The notes: generated by a model not told the origin, from the sequence alone. DNA of 64,000 nucleotides from an uncultured Verrucomicrobiota bacterium (GCA_902615835.1 CACMQL010000002.1:7952-71951); one strand, 5' to 3'. Numbered from the stretch's first letter, positions 49,091 to 59,051 are shown. Translations and numbers: made by a program.

Positions 49091-50296
49091 ATGTATTTCG
49101 CTTCCGACAATGACTTCGTAGAGAGAATAGACACAAACGTGTTGATCGTAGGAGCCGGGCCGGCAGGGATTGGAACAGCTTCCGCATTAAAAGAAGCGGG
49201 TGTGGAGGAGATGTTGGTCGTTGATTCCCGTCAAATCGGTGCCTCTTTTATAAACTGGCCCAAGCAAATGTCTTTGCTCACTCCATCTTTTCACTCCAAC
49301 TCATTTGGTTTCACCGACCTTAATGCGATTGACCCTGAGACATCCCCCGCTGATTTCCTTCGGACTCAGCACCCCACTGGTGAACAATATGCAAAATATT
49401 TACAGGCGGTTGCCAGCTACCATGAACTGGATGTTCGTTGCGGTGTGGAGGTAAGTGCCGTCTGCAAAAAAGATGAAAAATTTATTGTTACCACAAACCA
49501 GTCTGACATCTTTGCTGATATTGTAATCTGGGCGGCAGGTCAGTTTTTTTACCCGAAAGATTCGGTTTTTCCAGGTGCAAACCTAGCCTTACATTCTTCA
49601 AAAGTTGATGACTGGAGCGATCTCCAGGGTGATGAATTTGTGATTATTGGTGGTTATGAGAGCGGGGTGGATGCGGCGTTGAATCTTGTAAACTTGGGGA
49701 AATCTGTCTGCCTGTACACTCGTGGTGAACCCTGGACCTCTGATCACCCGGATCCGTCCCGTTCCCTGAGTCCACGCACCCTTGACCGTCTGAGAGGAAT
49801 TCTGCAGTCTCCCGAGAAAATGAAGAACCTCAATCTCTTTAAAAATGCCGACATCCGAAAGCTGGAAGAAAGTCATGGCTGGTGGACTCTTTATGATCAG
49901 GATGATATACCTTCGGTTTCCCGTACCCGACCGATCCTTGCCAATGGATTTCATTCCGGACTTGGTCTGGTAGCCAGTCTTTTTAAGCATGATGAGAATA
50001 ATCTTCCTGTTTTCAGTGAGGCAGCGGATGAGTCAACCATTACCAAAGGACTTTTTTATTCGGGACCTGCACTCGTTCACCGTAACTCTTTGTTTTGTTT
50101 TATATACAAGTATCGTGCTCGTTTTGGCGTGATTGCCCGCGAGATTGCACTACGACTTGACAAAGAGAATGTGGACGAAAAACTTAAGTCGTACGAAAAG
50201 GCAGGTTTTATGAATACGGATCTTGATTGTTGCACGGAGTGTGAATGTGCCATTAAGCCTGAAGAAGCCGCCCCTGAGCCGGCCGCTTTCTCTTGA
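49091..50296 (+). CDS. FAD/NAD(P)-dependent oxidoreductase (CzcO/FMO-like) with Cys-rich tail
   Basis: IVGAGPAG, WAAG, IGGYESG, ANGF; C-terminal DCCTECEC. Confidence 0.85.
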   Translation: MYFASDNDFVERIDTNVLIVGAGPAGIGTASALKEAGVEEMLVVDSRQIGASFINWPKQMSLLTPSFHSNSFGFTDLNAIDPETSPADFLRTQHPTGEQYAKYLQAVASYHELDVRCGVEVSAVCKKDEKFIVTTNQSDIFADIVIWAAGQFFYPKDSVFPGANLALHSSKVDDWSDLQGDEFVIIGGYESGVDAALNLVNLGKSVCLYTRGEPWTSDHPDPSRSLSPRTLDRLRGILQSPEKMKNLNLFKNADIRKLEESHGWWTLYDQDDIPSVSRTRPILANGFHSGLGLVASLFKHDENNLPVFSEAADESTITKGLFYSGPALVHRNSLFCFIYKYRARFGVIAREIALRLDKENVDEKLKSYEKAGFMNTDLDCCTECECAIKPEEAAPEPAAFS

Positions 50297-51281
50297 TGGT
50301 AAATGCGGTGAATGCCAAGCAACTACTGTTGCCTGCTGGGATAATCACGGGACTCCTCGCGGGAACTTTCTTTCCCATTGTTACTGAATCAATAAGTAAT
50401 CTGGTAAATCCACTTGTTCTGACCTTGTTAGCGTTGCTTTTTTTTGAGATTCGTTTCGATCCGATTTCTAAAATCGCCCGAAATCGCCTTTTCATTTGTC
50501 TGGTATGGTTGAGTAACTTCCTCATAATTCCCTTGTTTGCCTGGGGTTTGTCAGTTTTTTTTTTGCAACGGAACCGGAACTGTATGCAGGTTTGCTGCTT
50601 TATCTTCTCTTCCCCTGCACGGACTGGTTCCTTGCCTTCACCCGGATGGCGAAGGGGGATGTTTCCCTCGGTTCGGTGCTGATCCCCCTTAATTTAGTTA
50701 CCCAACTTTTGTTTTTCCCCCTTTATTTGTCTTTTTTCATCGGCTTGCAGACAGATTTCAACCTATCCGGAGTTTGGGGCACTTTAGGACGGTGGTTTGT
50801 GTTGCCATTGCTGGGTGCCACATTTCTTCGTTTTGTTTTTGCTAAAGTACTTTCACAGGATCGTTTCGCTACCTTGCATAAATTTACTGGTTCCTTGATT
50901 CCATGGGTTCTTGCGGGTTTGGTTTTTTGTATCTTTTCTTGTCATACCCAGCAATTGACCTCTCATCCAAAAGTCTTTCCTCTTGTCCTTCTGGCTGTCT
51001 TTATCTTCTTTGTTTTGACTTGGATACTAGGAGAACTGTTTGCTTGGTGTTTCAAGCTAAAACGCCCTCAGCATGTCTTACTTGCAATGTCCACAACCGC
51101 CCGTAATTCTCCCTTGATGCTAGGTTTGGCTACCGTTGTTCTTCCCGAGCAACCCCTTGTCTATGCCGCACTCATCATTGGTATGCTCGTTGAGTTTCCC
51201 CACCTCGCCTTTCTTACCCATGTATTTCAACGACGAACAAATTTGATCTCAAACTCAGCCCAAAATTCAGCGGTGGTTTAG
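50296..51281 (+). pseudogene. Acr3/BART-superfamily transporter split by a frameshift in a T10 tract
   Basis: ORFs 50293-50682 and 50592-51281 join if T10 (50555-50564) is T11 or T8: NFLIIP...FATEPELYAGLLLYLLFPCTDWFLAFT...ARNSPL...EFP. Confidence 0.8.
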
Positions 51282-51353
51282 GTGTATTTTCCTGTTGTCT
51301 GTTACAGATACGGATCACTCTCATCCGATGTTGTATCATGTTTTTTTCCCAAT

Positions 51354-51380
51354 CCTTATTGCAATTAACTTGCAATAAGG
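51354..51380. promoter_or_regulatory. Palindromic operator, copy 2 (perfect 11-5-11 inverted repeat)
   Basis: CCTTATTGCAA-TTAAC-TTGCAATAAGG, 61 bp upstream of the DsrE-like gene. Confidence 0.8.
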
Positions 51381-51441
51381 AAGAATTCGACTTACTCCGC
51401 AATATTCCAACTATCAACTTCATCCAAATTAATATTAACAC

Positions 51442-51819
51442 ATGAAAATCGCTTATGTATTCAAAACTAGCATGGCTAGTACTTATCAACTCAGTTCCAT
51501 GATATTACCCCAGTTGGAGAATGATTCACACATAGTGGATGTCGTGGGAATGTTCTTTTTTGATGATAATATATTTTGCCTAAAGCAAAATGATTCCGTT
51601 GGGGAAAGATTATCCAAAATTGCCCGGGATCGAGGAATGTTACTGATGGTTTGTGATCAATGTGCGGTCAGAAGGGGATTAGCAGAAGGCACGTTTGAAC
51701 AGTGTGGCAGCGGTGATGTGAAAGCCAAAGGTCTGGTTGAGGGCGTGGTGGCAGGCTGTTTTCCTCAGTTGTACACAGCCCTTGGATCTAATCCACCTGA
51801 TCAGGTAATTACGCTATAA
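51442..51819 (+). CDS. DsrE-related (SaoD-like) protein
   Basis: MKIAYVF, MILPQLE..H..VVGMFFFDDN, MVCDQCA.RRG, GCFP.LY. Confidence 0.78.
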   Translation: MKIAYVFKTSMASTYQLSSMILPQLENDSHIVDVVGMFFFDDNIFCLKQNDSVGERLSKIARDRGMLLMVCDQCAVRRGLAEGTFEQCGSGDVKAKGLVEGVVAGCFPQLYTALGSNPPDQVITL

Positions 51820-51999
51820 ACTTAATGTAATTTTAAGTAAAAGTTTAGACCAAGACAATTTTCAAACAAATTTATATCAAAGGCTTTTCGATTAAGCCAA
51901 TACAATGAATGTTTTCGGGAATCCTTTTTAAAAAAAGCGTCTTTTTTATTGAAGCCAGGATAAAGACCAACGATTATCTTAGCCCTAAAAGTTAATCTT

Positions 52000-52509
52000 A
52001 TGTCAAAACCCGCCCCAATCGAAATTCCCTTTGCTGCTCGCACTTCAGTTGAACAAGTGGAGGAAAGTAACCAATTAGCGCCGAAGTTTGACGAGAATGG
52101 ATGTATACCATGCATTACCACCCATGCTGAAACTGGTGAAGTTTTAATGTTTGCATTCATGAACTCGGAAGCACTTCGACTTTCCATCTCTACCGGACTC
52201 GCTCATTATTGGTCGCGTTCCCGGCAAAAGCTGTGGAAAAAAGGGGAGACATCCGGTATGTATCAACATATTGAACGAATTCTAATCGATGATGACCAGG
52301 ACTGTGTTATTATGGAAGTAAAATTAACTCCGCCCGCAACTGGAGGTAATGAAGCCTCATGCCATGTTGGATATCGTTCCTGTTTCTATCGTTCGATTCC
52401 AGTGAAACCTGAAACGGCGGAGGACCTAAAGCTTGAATTTGTGGAAAACAATAAGTCTTTCGACCCTGATCAGGTATATCCGGGAGTTCCCAATCCCACA
52501 CGCCTTTGA
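52000..52509 (+). CDS. hisI: Phosphoribosyl-AMP cyclohydrolase (variant metal motif)
   Basis: VLMFAFMN, YWSRSRQKLWKKGETSG, DDDQDC, SCHVGYRSCF. Confidence 0.92.
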   Translation: MSKPAPIEIPFAARTSVEQVEESNQLAPKFDENGCIPCITTHAETGEVLMFAFMNSEALRLSISTGLAHYWSRSRQKLWKKGETSGMYQHIERILIDDDQDCVIMEVKLTPPATGGNEASCHVGYRSCFYRSIPVKPETAEDLKLEFVENNKSFDPDQVYPGVPNPTRL

Positions 52510-52523
52510 AAGAGTTCTAATTT

Positions 52524-52967
52524 ATGATGACTCCTGAAGAGCACATCAGAACCGTCCGCCCACTTTTTGAAATGGGCTCGGAGCTTCCCCAGAATCCTGA
52601 GGTAGAACAAGATATTCAGGATCGGAAGGGAGAGGCTAAAAGAGTCACAAAGCGTCTTGCTTCCATATTTGAAGAGCATAAGGACGCTGCCCTGCCATTA
52701 AAAATAAATCTCGGTGGCGAAGATCTCCAATTAGTTATCAGTGCTTTACGAGATCATGCCAGGGGCGGAGTGGGTTCGCCTGTTCCCGGTTCAAGGGATG
52801 AGATACATGGTTATTGTCTTAATCGTCTGTTCGATGAGCTTGTGGAAGAGCCAAGTAATATTCTCTTCACCACCAAAACCGGTCCAGATACGATGCGTTA
52901 TGATGCGATGAATACAGCTTTCTGGATCGAATGCCTTGATTTAATGGAAGATACATTTTGTTCGTAA
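52524..52967 (+). CDS. Hypothetical protein in the hisI-COG0523 operon
   Basis: 147-aa ORF tightly packed between neighbours (14 and 4 bp gaps). Confidence 0.75.
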   Translation: MMTPEEHIRTVRPLFEMGSELPQNPEVEQDIQDRKGEAKRVTKRLASIFEEHKDAALPLKINLGGEDLQLVISALRDHARGGVGSPVPGSRDEIHGYCLNRLFDELVEEPSNILFTTKTGPDTMRYDAMNTAFWIECLDLMEDTFCS

Positions 52968-52971
52968 TTGC

Positions 52972-54183
52972 ATGATACAGGCTTTATCGAAACTTCCTGT
53001 TACCGTCCTTTCGGGATTTCTAGGATCAGGCAAGACCACTTTACTGAACCATATTTTGAATAATCGGGATGGAAGGAAAGTGGCGGTTATTGTCAATGAT
53101 ATGTCAGAGGTCAATATTGACGCCAACTTGGTTCGCAATGGAGACGCTTCCCTTTCTCAAACAGAGGAGCAACTGGTAGAAATGTCCAATGGCTGCATTT
53201 GCTGCACTCTACGCGAGGATCTGCTGATTGAGGTAGGTAAGCTTGCAAGACAGAATCGTTTTGATCATCTCGTAATTGAATCTACGGGAGTGTCCGAACC
53301 CATGCCTGTGTCCGAGACTTTTACCTTTGAGGACGAGAACGGATCTTCCTTGGGAGAAGTTGCCGCCATAGACACGATGGTCACTGTGGTGGATGCCCCC
53401 AATTTTCTCGAGGATTTTTCCATAACAGAACAATTGGTGGACCGTGAGCAGGCTGTTGATGAGCAAGATGAGCGAACCATTGTTGATTTGTTGTCAGATC
53501 AGATAGACTTCGCAGATGTTATTCTGGTGAATAAGACTGATCTCATTACATCCGATCAACTGCACCAAGTGCATGGAATGATCCGGGCCCTCAACTCAAA
53601 GGCACTAATTCACGATACAGTTAATGCAGAAGTTCCGATTGAAGAGGTCCTGGGCTCGCGAAAGTTTGACCCTTTGCGAGCGTCCCAACACGATGGATGG
53701 CTTGAATCTTTGGTTGAACACACCCCGGAGACCGAGGAATATGGGATTGGTAATTTCGTCTATGAGCGAAGGATTCCCTTTCATCCTCAACGATTTTTTG
53801 ACTGCCTTCAGCTTGAATGGCCGGGAGTCATTCGATCAAAGGGAATATTCTGGCTTGCCACCCGACTCAAGATGTCAGGAGTCTGGTCACGGGCAGGTTC
53901 GATTTCAAGGCATGAAAGTGGTGGTTATTTCTGGGCGGCACTTCCTCGTAGTTACTGGCCCGAAGACCGCAGTCACATCGAACGGGTATGGAAGCCCGGT
54001 AATGGAGATTGCCGCCAGGAGATCGTCTTGATCGGATGCGATATGGATCAGGAGGCTCTTAGTTCCATGCTTGATGAATGCCTCCTTACAGAGAAGGAGC
54101 TATCAACTGATGAGACCACTTGGCCTCTGCGTTTTAACGACCCTTTTCCCTTGTGGGATGCCGGAGTTGAAGTGGAAAACTGA
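52972..54183 (+). CDS. COG0523 / CobW-family G3E GTPase (ZigA/YciC-like zinc metallochaperone)
   Basis: [45 protein letters not shown], CobW_C domain. Confidence 0.94.
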   Translation: MIQALSKLPVTVLSGFLGSGKTTLLNHILNNRDGRKVAVIVNDMSEVNIDANLVRNGDASLSQTEEQLVEMSNGCICCTLREDLLIEVGKLARQNRFDHLVIESTGVSEPMPVSETFTFEDENGSSLGEVAAIDTMVTVVDAPNFLEDFSITEQLVDREQAVDEQDERTIVDLLSDQIDFADVILVNKTDLITSDQLHQVHGMIRALNSKALIHDTVNAEVPIEEVLGSRKFDPLRASQHDGWLESLVEHTPETEEYGIGNFVYERRIPFHPQRFFDCLQLEWPGVIRSKGIFWLATRLKMSGVWSRAGSISRHESGGYFWAALPRSYWPEDRSHIERVWKPGNGDCRQEIVLIGCDMDQEALSSMLDECLLTEKELSTDETTWPLRFNDPFPLWDAGVEVEN

Positions 54184-54295
54184 AGGAATCAACCACGCTC
54201 TCGAAAAAGTTTTTGGTCGATTCACTTACTTCTTGCTTAACAATAATCGAAGATTTTTTAGCATGACTAATCAATTCCCTTCAAACTCTTAACTT

Positions 54296-55147
54296 ATGAA
54301 ATTAATCACTCGTTTATTCCTCCTTATCACCCTGTCCTTCCTGACATTTTCCTCCTTGTCTAATGCTAAAATTAAAAGAGTCGTTTTTCTTGCAGACAAA
54401 GGAAAAAATACTGATGTTCACGCTCATGAAAGCGGAAACGCCATCTTGGCCAATGCGCTTGAAGAGAGTGGTCTTGGTTTTGACACCGCCCAATACAAAG
54501 GCTGGCCTGAAGATCCAAAAGCTTTTGATGGGGCCGATTCCGTGGTAATTTTTTGTAATGGTGGCAAGGGACACCTGGTTATGAAGCACCTCGACCAGTT
54601 TGAGAAATTGATCGATTCCGGAGTCGGTTTTGTTTTTATGCACTATGCGGTGGAAGTGCCGATCGGCAGGGCAGGTGTCCTCATGCGTAAAGCCATGGGT
54701 GGATATTTTGAGACCCACTGGTCAGTCAACCCTCACTGGACGGCTGAATTTAAATCCCTCCCCAAACATCCGATTACCCGTGGAGTTAAACCTTTCACCC
54801 AGAAGGATGAGTGGTATTTTCATATGCGTTTTCAGCCTGAAATGATGGGCGTTACACCCATTCTTTCAGCTCATCCACCCAAAGAGACCATGAACCGAAA
54901 GGATGGTCCCCATTCCAATAATCCTCATGTTCGTAAATCCATGGCAGCAGGAGAAATCCAGCATATTGGCTGGGCCTATGAACGCCCAAACGGTAAAGGA
55001 CGTGGTTTTGGCACAACCGGTGGTCATTACCACAACACCTGGGCAAGAGACAATTGGCGTACAACAATACTCAACGCGATCGCTTGGACTGCCGGGGTGG
55101 AAGTGCCCGAAAATGGCGTTCCTTCCATTGCCCAGTTGATTAAGTAA
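54296..55147 (+). CDS. ThuA-like secreted protein
   Basis: H.HESG, HYAVE, HPITRGV, DEWYF, GRGFGTTGGH.H. Confidence 0.8.
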   Translation: MKLITRLFLLITLSFLTFSSLSNAKIKRVVFLADKGKNTDVHAHESGNAILANALEESGLGFDTAQYKGWPEDPKAFDGADSVVIFCNGGKGHLVMKHLDQFEKLIDSGVGFVFMHYAVEVPIGRAGVLMRKAMGGYFETHWSVNPHWTAEFKSLPKHPITRGVKPFTQKDEWYFHMRFQPEMMGVTPILSAHPPKETMNRKDGPHSNNPHVRKSMAAGEIQHIGWAYERPNGKGRGFGTTGGHYHNTWARDNWRTTILNAIAWTAGVEVPENGVPSIAQLIK

Positions 55148-55223
55148 GATCGTTCTTCATGATTACCCGCCAGCCTATCATTTAGGTCGGTTCTAAAACC
55201 CAAAATTAAAGCCAAGGAAAATA

Positions 55224-56135
55224 ATGTTCAAAACTACATTTATACTTTTTACTGCAGTCGCAGCTTACTTTTCTATGTTTTCATCCCTTTCCTATGCGGA
55301 TGATCCCAAAGGTTCTTCGAAGATAAAGCTGCTTTTGATTGACGGACAGAACAACCACGACTGGAAGAGATGTTCTCCGGTTATGATCGATACTCTTAAC
55401 GCTACGGGTCGATTTAGTATCGAGCGGGCAACGGTTGCCAAGGAGGATATTGCAAACTTCAAACCGGATTTCAGCAAGTATGAGGTCATATTATCCAATT
55501 ACAACGGAGAGCCATGGTTGCAGGAGACTCAGGATTCCTTCGTAAAGTATATGAAGAAGGGGGGTAATTTGGTTGTGGTACATGCGGCTGACAATTCATT
55601 TCCCAAGTGGAAAGAGTTCAATGAAATGATCGGACTAGGTGGGTGGAAAGGGCGAAATGAAAAGGATGGTCCATATGTCTATTGGAAAGACGGTAAGATT
55701 GTTCGTGACGAATCCAAGGGCAGGGGAGGTTCTCATGGTCGCCCGTGGGAATACAAGGTTGTTGTGCGTGAAAAGAACCACCCGATTACCCGTGGATTGC
55801 CTACAGAGTTTTTAATGGTGAAGGAGGAGCTATATGATCGCCTTCGTGGACCGGCCAAGAATATGACCGTCCTTGCAACTGCATTTGCTGAAGGCGGTTC
55901 TGAAAGGCATGAGCCCGTTCTTATGACGATCTCTTACGGCAAGGGCCGTGTATTTCATACGGTTATGGGTCACAGTCATACATCCATGGGTGGGGTGGCT
56001 TTTCAGGAGACGCTAATTCGTGGAACGGAATGGGCTGCAACCGGAGAGGTTACCTTTCCTCCCGTTAACAACAAGGTACTACCCGTGAATCGTGCCGCCT
56101 ATCGTAAAGTAGAAGACATCAAGACCCTCAACTGA
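55224..56135 (+). CDS. ThuA-like secreted protein
   Basis: DGQNNHDW, VHAAD, HPITRGLP, ELY, GKGRVFHTVMGH. Confidence 0.82.
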   Translation: MFKTTFILFTAVAAYFSMFSSLSYADDPKGSSKIKLLLIDGQNNHDWKRCSPVMIDTLNATGRFSIERATVAKEDIANFKPDFSKYEVILSNYNGEPWLQETQDSFVKYMKKGGNLVVVHAADNSFPKWKEFNEMIGLGGWKGRNEKDGPYVYWKDGKIVRDESKGRGGSHGRPWEYKVVVREKNHPITRGLPTEFLMVKEELYDRLRGPAKNMTVLATAFAEGGSERHEPVLMTISYGKGRVFHTVMGHSHTSMGGVAFQETLIRGTEWAATGEVTFPPVNNKVLPVNRAAYRKVEDIKTLN

Positions 56136-56247
56136 GCCAATTTCACGGACTATGGATTGATCCAGAAAAGTGTCCTGTTTTAACCCCTCTATCGAGTCTC
56201 AGCCGAATGGCTAAGTAAAGCTAAGGAAAGGAGCGCTTTGCCCTCAA

Positions 56248-58992
56248 TTATCTGACGATCCGGCGGGGTATTTGACCATGCTTATGTGCCCGCATTTCAG
56301 CGAGTATGACCCGGTTTATCAAACGATCCCTTTCATCCTGTCCCTCAACCATTGCCCTCAGAACTTTCCGTTTCAATTCAGGGTTAAAATTTGTAAACAT
56401 AAGTAAAGGGTGAATGCGTACACCTCCAATTCCGTCAACTGGATCAACATTCGAGTGTTTGGCTGCCCGAGGAAGCGGTCGCCATTGGTTGTATTTAGGC
56501 AGCACCATCTCATTGAAGGTGCGAGCTAGTTCTTTCATCCGCTCAGCCGTCATGATGTGCTCATACCGCCCTGACTCGTAATGCATGTAGAAAGACTTCA
56601 TGGTAAAATTCATATGTGCTCGGTCCTCCCCTCTCACCAGCCCTTTGCCGCGAGGAGTATCCGTGTCATAATCTTTGGCTAGCGGATTCACGCAGTTGGG
56701 CTGGTACCCCCAAGCTCGGTACCACTTGTCCGGCTCATTGAGATACTGTCCATCATGACCCGGTGCGAAGAACTGGAAGGTGTTGAACCAGCTTTTGAGA
56801 ATTTTCTCAGCACATGCGTCGATTGACCTTGCAGAGTCATGATCACCGAAGATTTCGGCGGCATGGGCGGCGAATCCAGCGCATGAAGTTGCGGCGACGA
56901 AACGATTGATTCCAGCTCTTTTCTCTTTCGGTATAGGTTTGGGGTTATTTTCCAAGAAGATCTTCTTGGTCTCGTCATTTTTAATCGCTTTATATGACTG
57001 CTCCCATTTTTTAAGCTCATCGAGGTAGCGGTTGTTATCCTTGTGAAACGCGGTGTAATTATCCCAAATGAATTGGGTCTGAAAATTATAAAGCTTATGT
57101 TCTTTGAAGTCAGTATAGTTTAAGGCTAGTTCCGAAATATAGCGTTCAGCCCTTTTCCGATAAGTTGCACCTAGCTTACAGGGATCGCCATCAGGTATGA
57201 TCTCATCCCAGATCTCAGGATGAAGGGAAACGCAATAAGCCGCCAGGGAAGGGGTTATCATTCTTGCATTGGCCGAGTCGGAACTATGAGAGATTTCATT
57301 TCGTACATACTCTTGGCGAGAGTTGAAGTATTGACCTTCCTTGTCCCCTTCGGAATGGAAACCACCCTCCGGAAAAACGCAGAAGTCGTGCAGGTTGAGA
57401 TAGCGCTGATATGATCCGCCGAATCGAACGCCATACTTAGTTCCGTTCACCTCAAATCCGTTGCGCAGAATGATGGCCGGATCTGCGATTCGAAATAGAT
57501 GTTCCAAGACATCTTTGCGTCTCGTAATGAGGAAAATTCTGGCTGGAATGGCCCAATTTGGAAGAGAGAAGATAGGGTCAGCCCTTGTGCCGAAGCCATG
57601 AGGGTTGTAGCCCGCGACATAGTTGGCCATAGCCTTGCATTCGGCAGGAGAAAGTGGTTTTGAAAGATCGGTCGATAAGGCATCAGTAAGAGTCTTTGGA
57701 TCCTTGGTTCGCGTTCCGGGAAAACCTGGAGTGTTAGGCCGTCCGTGCGGATGTCTAGGAGCTGGTGTATAGCTCCGAAGGACAGACAGATGCTCTGGTT
57801 TGATCCATCCTTTTCTAAACTTACTCATGACCGATTTACCACGAGCAAAGAGGCTGAGCTTGGGAGTTTTCCCCAAACCCTTGATTAAGTAGCTTCCTTT
57901 GCGTCCGCAGGCAAACCATTCGATCCGTTCGCCGGTCCGTACTATAAACATTGTTTCTGGTCCGAGTTCCTTGGATACGCGGGCTATGTACATCATGTAA
58001 TCGGGAGTACGAAAGGGATTCATCCCGCTCCCATCATCCCGTTTTTTGTTTCGATTGCCATGGCGCCCCAGTGCGAATAACTGGTCCTGCACAGCAAAAC
58101 CAGCATATGCCCTGGGGTCAAAAATGCGTATTGTCAGGGCAGCAGCCTCTCCATCTGCCAAAGACAAACCTTCTAGATCGTAAAGAGTGTAATCTGCGTT
58201 GTTTTGAGGAATAAATTGAGCTAATTCAGAAGATGGCACTCCCATGTTTTCGATTGAGCCTGCCTCATGGACTGGTTTGAGGAAGCGAAAATCCTCATAG
58301 CCTCTGGTAATGAAATTAGGTTTTCCTTCTGCATCCAAGGTATTAACAATTGGCAAATGTCGAGAAATTGTATCCGCTCCACTTCGATGGATTGAACTAA
58401 CTCGAATGGAAGGGAGATCCAACAGGTTTCTTCCGCGATAGCGTGCGTTTATACCGATCTGTCTTCCAATATGTGGATGATCCTTCTCAATTGGAATGGC
58501 AAAGGTATGCTCGAATAATTCGTCGCTTTGTGCAATGTATTGTGCAGTGCCAAGAGGAAATTGTTGATCCTTTCCAATCGCATACACATCAAGGTAATAT
58601 AAAGCCTCCCCGCCATTACGACTCAGCGAGATGAGTGAAACCTCGTAGTGTTTTCCCTCTTCTATGGTCACTTCGCTTTCAAAGGTCGCATTGAGATAAC
58701 CATCGCTGCTGACCTGCAACAAAGGCATTTTTTTTGAACCCAGCATAAATTTTGCGAAATGGTCAGACTTCCCTTCAATTTCATTGGCAAATTGCCGCGA
58801 ACTACGGAAGCGTTCGAGTACTGGACCGGATGGCATCAGAACGGCTTTTGCATCTTTACGACCGCCAACAGTCCAACCATTGAGTTTTCCTGCCTCTAGA
58901 TCAGTTTTGGCGTAAGATTTTAAAAAGATGAGGGAAAAGCAAAGGAACCAAGCCCACAGGAAATCTCTTTTCCATTGATTTACACCGCACAT
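56248..58992 (-). CDS. Large secreted hypothetical protein
   Basis: 914-aa ORF with hydrophobic N-terminus, beta-rich N-half and helical C-half. Confidence 0.8.
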   Translation of the reverse strand: MCGVNQWKRDFLWAWFLCFSLIFLKSYAKTDLEAGKLNGWTVGGRKDAKAVLMPSGPVLERFRSSRQFANEIEGKSDHFAKFMLGSKKMPLLQVSSDGYLNATFESEVTIEEGKHYEVSLISLSRNGGEALYYLDVYAIGKDQQFPLGTAQYIAQSDELFEHTFAIPIEKDHPHIGRQIGINARYRGRNLLDLPSIRVSSIHRSGADTISRHLPIVNTLDAEGKPNFITRGYEDFRFLKPVHEAGSIENMGVPSSELAQFIPQNNADYTLYDLEGLSLADGEAAALTIRIFDPRAYAGFAVQDQLFALGRHGNRNKKRDDGSGMNPFRTPDYMMYIARVSKELGPETMFIVRTGERIEWFACGRKGSYLIKGLGKTPKLSLFARGKSVMSKFRKGWIKPEHLSVLRSYTPAPRHPHGRPNTPGFPGTRTKDPKTLTDALSTDLSKPLSPAECKAMANYVAGYNPHGFGTRADPIFSLPNWAIPARIFLITRRKDVLEHLFRIADPAIILRNGFEVNGTKYGVRFGGSYQRYLNLHDFCVFPEGGFHSEGDKEGQYFNSRQEYVRNEISHSSDSANARMITPSLAAYCVSLHPEIWDEIIPDGDPCKLGATYRKRAERYISELALNYTDFKEHKLYNFQTQFIWDNYTAFHKDNNRYLDELKKWEQSYKAIKNDETKKIFLENNPKPIPKEKRAGINRFVAATSCAGFAAHAAEIFGDHDSARSIDACAEKILKSWFNTFQFFAPGHDGQYLNEPDKWYRAWGYQPNCVNPLAKDYDTDTPRGKGLVRGEDRAHMNFTMKSFYMHYESGRYEHIMTAERMKELARTFNEMVLPKYNQWRPLPRAAKHSNVDPVDGIGGVRIHPLLMFTNFNPELKRKVLRAMVEGQDERDRLINRVILAEMRAHKHGQIPRRIVR

Positions 58993-59051
58993 GGAGTTGG
59001 GGAAAATCTAATCCTTTCCGACAAGTCTGCGGAGAAGAGTATGCCGATTAT

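Noticed and set aside
50293-51281. Calling this an ars operon
   Set aside because: No arsR, arsC, arsH or arsM nearby; the context is metal-starvation-like
51822-52187. 121-aa minus-strand ORF
   Set aside because: Antisense to hisI and runs into an AT-rich spacer; no motifs
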